DNA of 11,313 nt from Campylobacterota bacterium (GTDB taxonomy: Bacteria > Campylobacterota > Campylobacteria > Campylobacterales > Sulfurovaceae). Positions 7,669 through 11,313 of this stretch are shown one piece after another. The stretch lies in assembly GCA_034722955.1 (NCBI GenBank), contig JAYEOM010000094.1, positions 1-11,313 of the forward strand. The letters run 5' to 3'. Below the pieces are notes generated by a model that was given only the letters and a program-made list of their open reading frames with translations, was not told where the DNA came from and searched no databases. The first letter of the stretch is position 1. Each line of letters begins with the position of its first letter. The position numbers and the translations under genes were made by a program.

Positions 7669-7692
7669 TTCCCTAAATGCAGAGGAGAGGTT

Positions 7693-9501
7693 ATGGACGA
7701 AGCTAGAGAGCTATTTAAAAAACTCAAGATATACTCGCTTCTTGATCTGGCACTCTTGGTGCCTGCCTCTTACAACGATACTACACTCTCCCCGACAATA
7801 TCTCTGGGCAAACTGCATACTCTCGAAGCGAAGGTTCAAGAGGTTCGTTCTCACAATGGCAGATTGATAGTCACTTTTGCACTGCTACGCTTGAACCAGA
7901 GTCTACAGAGTATCTTTTTTCGTGTGACACCATACCACTATCAGACTTTTGCTATAGGGAGTGAACATCTCATTCATGGCAAAGTCGAACTCTATCGCAA
8001 CACACTTCAGATGAGCCAGCCCAAATCGATCAAGAGGGCAGGTGAGATCACCCCAAAGTACAAGTCTATACTCAAGCAGGATGAGATACGAACTCTCATG
8101 AAGAGTTATCTAAATGAGAAGGCATTGATAGAGGAGGGGTTGCTGCCCGGTGAAGCTGAGCTGTTGATGAGACTCCATTTTCCTAGCAATCTCGATCAGA
8201 TATATATGGATGGCAGTTATCGTCCGGAGATTGTACAAGTGCTGAAATTTGTCGAGGCATACAACCATATCCGAAAATTGTCAGGTAAAAAGGTTGACTA
8301 TCCTGCTATGAGAGCCCTGAGAGGCGATAGCCAACCTTTCATTAAGTCACTTCCATTCAAGCTTACGCCTGAGCAGATCGAAGTGATAGATGATATCCGT
8401 GAAGATTTGAGAGATCAAAATTGTGCCGCAAAACGCATGATAGTCGGAGATGTAGGTTCGGGCAAAACTATGGTCATCTTGGCAGCAGTGATGATGGCTC
8501 TTCCCGAGAAGTCGATATTGATGGCTCCTACTTCTCTGCTGGCACTTCAGCTATACGAAGAGGCACTCAAACATCTGCCGGCTAGAGTGAAGATATCTCT
8601 AGTGATGCAGGGTAGAGAGGAGGGTTGCTACAAGGAGGCTGATTTTGTCATAGGTACTCACGCACTACTCTACAAGGATGATCTACCCAAGGCATCACTG
8701 GTAATGGTCGATGAGCAGCACCGTTTTGGTACCGGTCAGAGACAACTTCTCGAAGCTATGTCGAGTGATAGTGGAGAGGGAGTAGAGGAGAGAAGAGCAC
8801 ACTTTCTCCAGTTCTCAGCCACACCTATCCCCCGTACTCAAGCTATGATGAACTCTGCGATGATAGATGTGAGTCTGATCACTAGGACACCATTTGAGAA
8901 GAAGATCACGACAGAGGTGATAGGAGAGCAGGATTTTCCTATGCTCCTATCTCAGATCAAAGAGCAGATAGCTCAAGATCATCAAATCCTTATCGTCTAT
9001 CCTCTAGTAGAGGAGAGTGAAGCTATCGACTACCAATCTCTATCCGAGAGCAGGGGATTTTGGGAAGAGCGTTTTGACAATGTATATGCGACCCACGGTA
9101 AGGACAAGAGAAAAGAGGAGGTGTTACTGGAGTTTAGAGATCATGGTGATATTCTTCTAGCGACTACTGTCGTAGAGGTGGGTATCTCTCTGCCTAGATT
9201 GACACTCATCGTTATAGTAGGTGCAGAGAGATTGGGGTTGGCTACCCTGCACCAACTCCGAGGCAGAGTAGGTCGTCTAGGACTTGAGAGTTGGTGTTAC
9301 CTATTTAGCAGAAAGAGCAGTAGCCCAAGACTAAAAGCCTTCACCCAGACCAACAGTGGATTTGATATAGCAAAGCTAGATCTGAAGTTTAGAGATGGCG
9401 GTGATATCCTAGATGGCACTATACAGAGTGGACAAAAATTCAAATGGTTGGATATGGGAGAGGATGAGAGTATAGTAGCAGAGGCGACAGAGCGTCTGTA
9501 G
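7693..9501 (+). CDS. recG: ATP-dependent DNA helicase RecG
   Basis: LPFKLTPEQ, GDVGSGKT, MAPT, VIGTHAL, DEQHRFG, SATPIPRT, ATTVVEVG, AERLGLATLHQLRGRVGR and GFDIAKLDLKFR motifs. Confidence 0.97.
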   Translation: MDEARELFKKLKIYSLLDLALLVPASYNDTTLSPTISLGKLHTLEAKVQEVRSHNGRLIVTFALLRLNQSLQSIFFRVTPYHYQTFAIGSEHLIHGKVELYRNTLQMSQPKSIKRAGEITPKYKSILKQDEIRTLMKSYLNEKALIEEGLLPGEAELLMRLHFPSNLDQIYMDGSYRPEIVQVLKFVEAYNHIRKLSGKKVDYPAMRALRGDSQPFIKSLPFKLTPEQIEVIDDIREDLRDQNCAAKRMIVGDVGSGKTMVILAAVMMALPEKSILMAPTSLLALQLYEEALKHLPARVKISLVMQGREEGCYKEADFVIGTHALLYKDDLPKASLVMVDEQHRFGTGQRQLLEAMSSDSGEGVEERRAHFLQFSATPIPRTQAMMNSAMIDVSLITRTPFEKKITTEVIGEQDFPMLLSQIKEQIAQDHQILIVYPLVEESEAIDYQSLSESRGFWEERFDNVYATHGKDKRKEEVLLEFRDHGDILLATTVVEVGISLPRLTLIVIVGAERLGLATLHQLRGRVGRLGLESWCYLFSRKSSSPRLKAFTQTNSGFDIAKLDLKFRDGGDILDGTIQSGQKFKWLDMGEDESIVAEATERL

Positions 9502-9626
9502 GGGTCTGAAGTTGAGTGTTTTGTGAAGCGTAGCGGAATGAAACAGTCAACATCTGACCTCGGCTTGGGTCAAGCGTTGCAAAATCCACCCACTTCGTGA
9601 GTTGATTTTGCAACGCATGACCCCTA
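9499..9626. repeat. Double-hairpin REP/MITE-like palindromic element with 8-bp terminal inverted repeats
   Basis: Ends are TAGGGGTC (9499-9506) and GACCCCTA (9619-9626). Hairpin 1 (9501-9561): arms 9503-9521/9541-9559 pair at 16 of 19, capped by GC-GTA-GC. Hairpin 2 (9567-9623): 24 of 27 pairs around loop TTC (GAA on the - strand). Confidence 0.8.
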
Positions 9627-9695
9627 TCATACTCTATAGTTGTATCCATTTTCAAAGAGTGAACAAATGAGTGATTTAGGGGTTTATGACTTGAG

Positions 9696-10628
9696 TCAAG
9701 GGAGTTTTCCGGAGTAGTAGTCGTGAGGTTGCCAGAAATCGTTGCTGCGTTTGGAGAGGCAAATGGCTATTTTGGTTTTATAGTTATATATCCAAGGCTC
9801 ACATAGATACTCCAGTTGCTGTTTGGCTCCTCTGCCTGCTGGTACTACAATCCACTCATTTGAATTGCCCGACCAGCACTGCCGGTTGATATTGTAGGTG
9901 CTGGAGTTGGTGATATTGACTGCTGGGATGAAACTATCCATGGTTCCGTCTCTGTTGAGGATGGCCATGGATTTGTGAGAGCCGTAGGAGACACCGTTGT
10001 GTCTAGTGCCGCCACCGTTGTTTTGAGTGATCTTCAATCCGTCAGGGCTTGGGCATACGGCACAATCCCAGATACGACTACCGGACATCCATAGGAGTTT
10101 GCCAGTCGTCATATCCACAGTAAAAGGATCGGTATTTCTGTTGACGGTAGCAACTCCTGCTAGTAACTTGCCATTTTGGGAGACAAATCCACTCTCGCTT
10201 TGGGGTACTGACTGCTCCGAGATTTTGTTTCCGCTCTCACTGTATAGATATAGCTTATTACTTCTGCTACTGGCAATATAGATACCGGCATCAGTATAGC
10301 TCAATTGTCCCAACTCGTCTGCATCGAATCGCTTTATCACTCTCCCCTCGAGATCGGAGATTGCCACTGTTTTATCCATTTTTATATATGCGAACTTGGT
10401 GCCGTCAGGTGAAAAACGCACAAAGCGTCCTGTGCCAAGGCTACCCGTGGTGTTGATAATTTGGTTATCCTTGATATCGATTCGCCGAATAGTGCCCTGA
10501 AAATCAACTCCGATACTTCCGCCATTGGTGGTAGTGATGACCAATCCCATCCCAGTTTCAGCAGATAGAGAGACATAGAGCAGGGCAGTAGCCATAAATA
10601 TCACTCTGATCAAAAAAGTCATCTTCAT
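9696..10628 (-). CDS. Hypothetical secreted protein with TolB/WD40-like beta-propeller repeats, 310 aa
   Basis: Signal peptide MKMTFLIRVIFMATALLYVSLSA. Blade-like motifs FSPDGTKFAY, VSQNGKLLAG, PSPDGLKI, WSGNSNEWIV. SD AGGAG at 10639-10635 on the - strand. Confidence 0.78.
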   Translation of the reverse strand: MKMTFLIRVIFMATALLYVSLSAETGMGLVITTTNGGSIGVDFQGTIRRIDIKDNQIINTTGSLGTGRFVRFSPDGTKFAYIKMDKTVAISDLEGRVIKRFDADELGQLSYTDAGIYIASSRSNKLYLYSESGNKISEQSVPQSESGFVSQNGKLLAGVATVNRNTDPFTVDMTTGKLLWMSGSRIWDCAVCPSPDGLKITQNNGGGTRHNGVSYGSHKSMAILNRDGTMDSFIPAVNITNSSTYNINRQCWSGNSNEWIVVPAGRGAKQQLEYLCEPWIYNYKTKIAICLSKRSNDFWQPHDYYSGKLP

Positions 10629-10643
10629 TAGTATCTCCTATAG

Positions 10644-10671
10644 AGGGGCAAGCACAAGGGATTGCCCCTAC
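10644..10671 (-). repeat. GTAG-type REP (repetitive extragenic palindrome)
   Basis: The - strand reads GTAG-GGGCAA-TCCCTTGTGC-TTGCCC-CT: a GTAG tetranucleotide at the foot of a GC-rich stem (AGGGGCAA 10644-10651 / TTGCCCCT 10662-10669), the layout of RAYT-associated REPs. Genome copy number cannot be seen here. Confidence 0.68.
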
Positions 10672-10704
10672 GGGTAGCCTTGATACATTTGATATGTAGA
10701 TATC

Positions 10705-11238
10705 TTAGTATAGTCCAAATTTCCCATCGGCTCTTTTGTACATGACGCGCATCAAGCCGTCGTAGTCGTTAAATACTATAAATTGTCTCTTCTTCTCCTC
10801 TTTGAGTGCTATGATAGCATCATCGAAATCTATAGGTTTATGAAGCTCCATATCCATAGGGACGATTTCAGTATCTTCAGTATCTATAGAGCTGACTGCT
10901 ACTGCATCAGCACCTAGATCTTTGATGCTTGTCACTTTGTGATCTTTTACTTTGTCTGCATATCTTCTGAGAGATTTTTTGACTCTCTCGATAGCTATAT
11001 CGGTTGCCGCATAGACATCTTTGTCTATCTGAGTGATAACGATAGTATATTTATCCTTGAGCTTAACGACAAATTCAACAGTAAAGCCTTTTTTACCATT
11101 GTCTTCATCACCAGAGATGATAGCAGTTGAGGAGATGATTTCGAGATTGTATTTATCCAGTCCATCAATAGCAGCTTCCAGATACTCTTTGATCGGGTCT
11201 GTTAGTTCAAAGTGTCTCCCAATGATATGTTTGTTCAC
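10705..11238 (-). CDS. hpf: Long-form ribosome hibernation promoting factor (HPF/RaiA family), about 177 aa
   Basis: IIGRHFELTDPIKEY, KDVYAATDIAIERVKKSLRRYADKVK and the long-HPF C-terminal motif FIVFND...VMYKRADGKFGLY. Start moved to GTG 11238, with SD AAGGA at 11249-11245. Confidence 0.93.
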   Translation of the reverse strand: MNKHIIGRHFELTDPIKEYLEAAIDGLDKYNLEIISSTAIISGDEDNGKKGFTVEFVVKLKDKYTIVITQIDKDVYAATDIAIERVKKSLRRYADKVKDHKVTSIKDLGADAVAVSSIDTEDTEIVPMDMELHKPIDFDDAIIALKEEKKRQFIVFNDYDGLMRVMYKRADGKFGLY

Positions 11239-11291
11239 GATATATCCTTTAAATTCAAATAAACAAGAAGATGGTAGTAGAACCATTTCCT

Positions 11292-11309
11292 TAACTTAAT
11301 TGTAACTTA
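11292..11309 (-). promoter_or_regulatory. Putative hpf promoter -10 (TACAAT) overlapped by a TAAGTTA direct repeat
   Basis: The - strand reads TAAGTTA-CAAT-TAAGTTA, with TACAAT at 11304-11299, about 60 nt upstream of the hpf start. The window ends just upstream. Confidence 0.35.
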
Positions 11310-11313
11310 GAAA

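Noticed and set aside
9501..9538. Similarity of GGGGTCTGAAGTTGAGTG to the start of the Tn3 38-bp inverted repeat (as recalled, GGGGTCTGACGCTCAGTG)
   Set aside because: Similarity stops after 18 nt, the inner TAAG end is missing, there is no 5-bp target duplication and no transposase or resolvase. The internal hairpins explain the sequence better.
9501..9623. Hairpins as integron attC sites, CRISPR repeats or tRNA
   Set aside because: The stems are symmetric without the extrahelical bases of attC and have no terminal RYYYAAC/GTTRRRY boxes. There are no identical repeats with spacers and no cloverleaf.
9440..9655. 71-aa - strand ORF
   Set aside because: Runs through the palindromic element and antisense into recG, with no recognisable motif.
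9696..10628. Compositional evidence that the propeller gene is foreign
   Set aside because: Hand-counted lines (27-34 GC per 60) overlap those of recG (26-31 per 60), so GC alone does not show transfer.
11239..11286. ORF-track N-terminal extension of hpf from ATG 11286
   Set aside because: HPF similarity begins at GTG 11238, which has a well-spaced AAGGA; the AAGGA before ATG 11286 is too close to serve as an SD.
10027..11299. Short ORFs 10027-10281, 10382-10576, 10939-11130 and 11033-11299
   Set aside because: Nested in or antisense to the propeller gene and hpf; treated as shadow frames.

Overview
Core-genome stretch of a Campylobacterota bacterium (Sulfurovum-like; inferred from gene order and protein style). 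A long + strand housekeeping run (3' end of kdsA, ribH, nusB, mqnC, inactive M16 peptidase-like protein, recG) converges on a - strand run (long hpf/raiA plus a 310-aa secreted beta-propeller-like protein). Two very AT-rich two-gene cassettes interrupt the housekeeping run, each an ABC/AAA_15-AAA_21-type ATPase coupled to a TOPRIM-like putative nuclease. The cassette between nusB and mqnC looks like PARIS (AriA + DUF4435 AriB). The cassette between kdsA and ribH pairs a DUF4276-like TOPRIM protein with an ATPase whose catalytic Glu and switch His appear substituted; it is the best candidate for a poorly characterised anti-phage system. The beta-propeller gene is bracketed by structured palindromes: a double-hairpin element with GNA triloops and TAGGGGTC terminal inverted repeats at the recG stop, and a GTAG-type REP just before its ribosome-binding site. 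No integrase, transposase, rRNA, tRNA or CRISPR array is visible. Domain names were assigned by motif recognition, not by database search.
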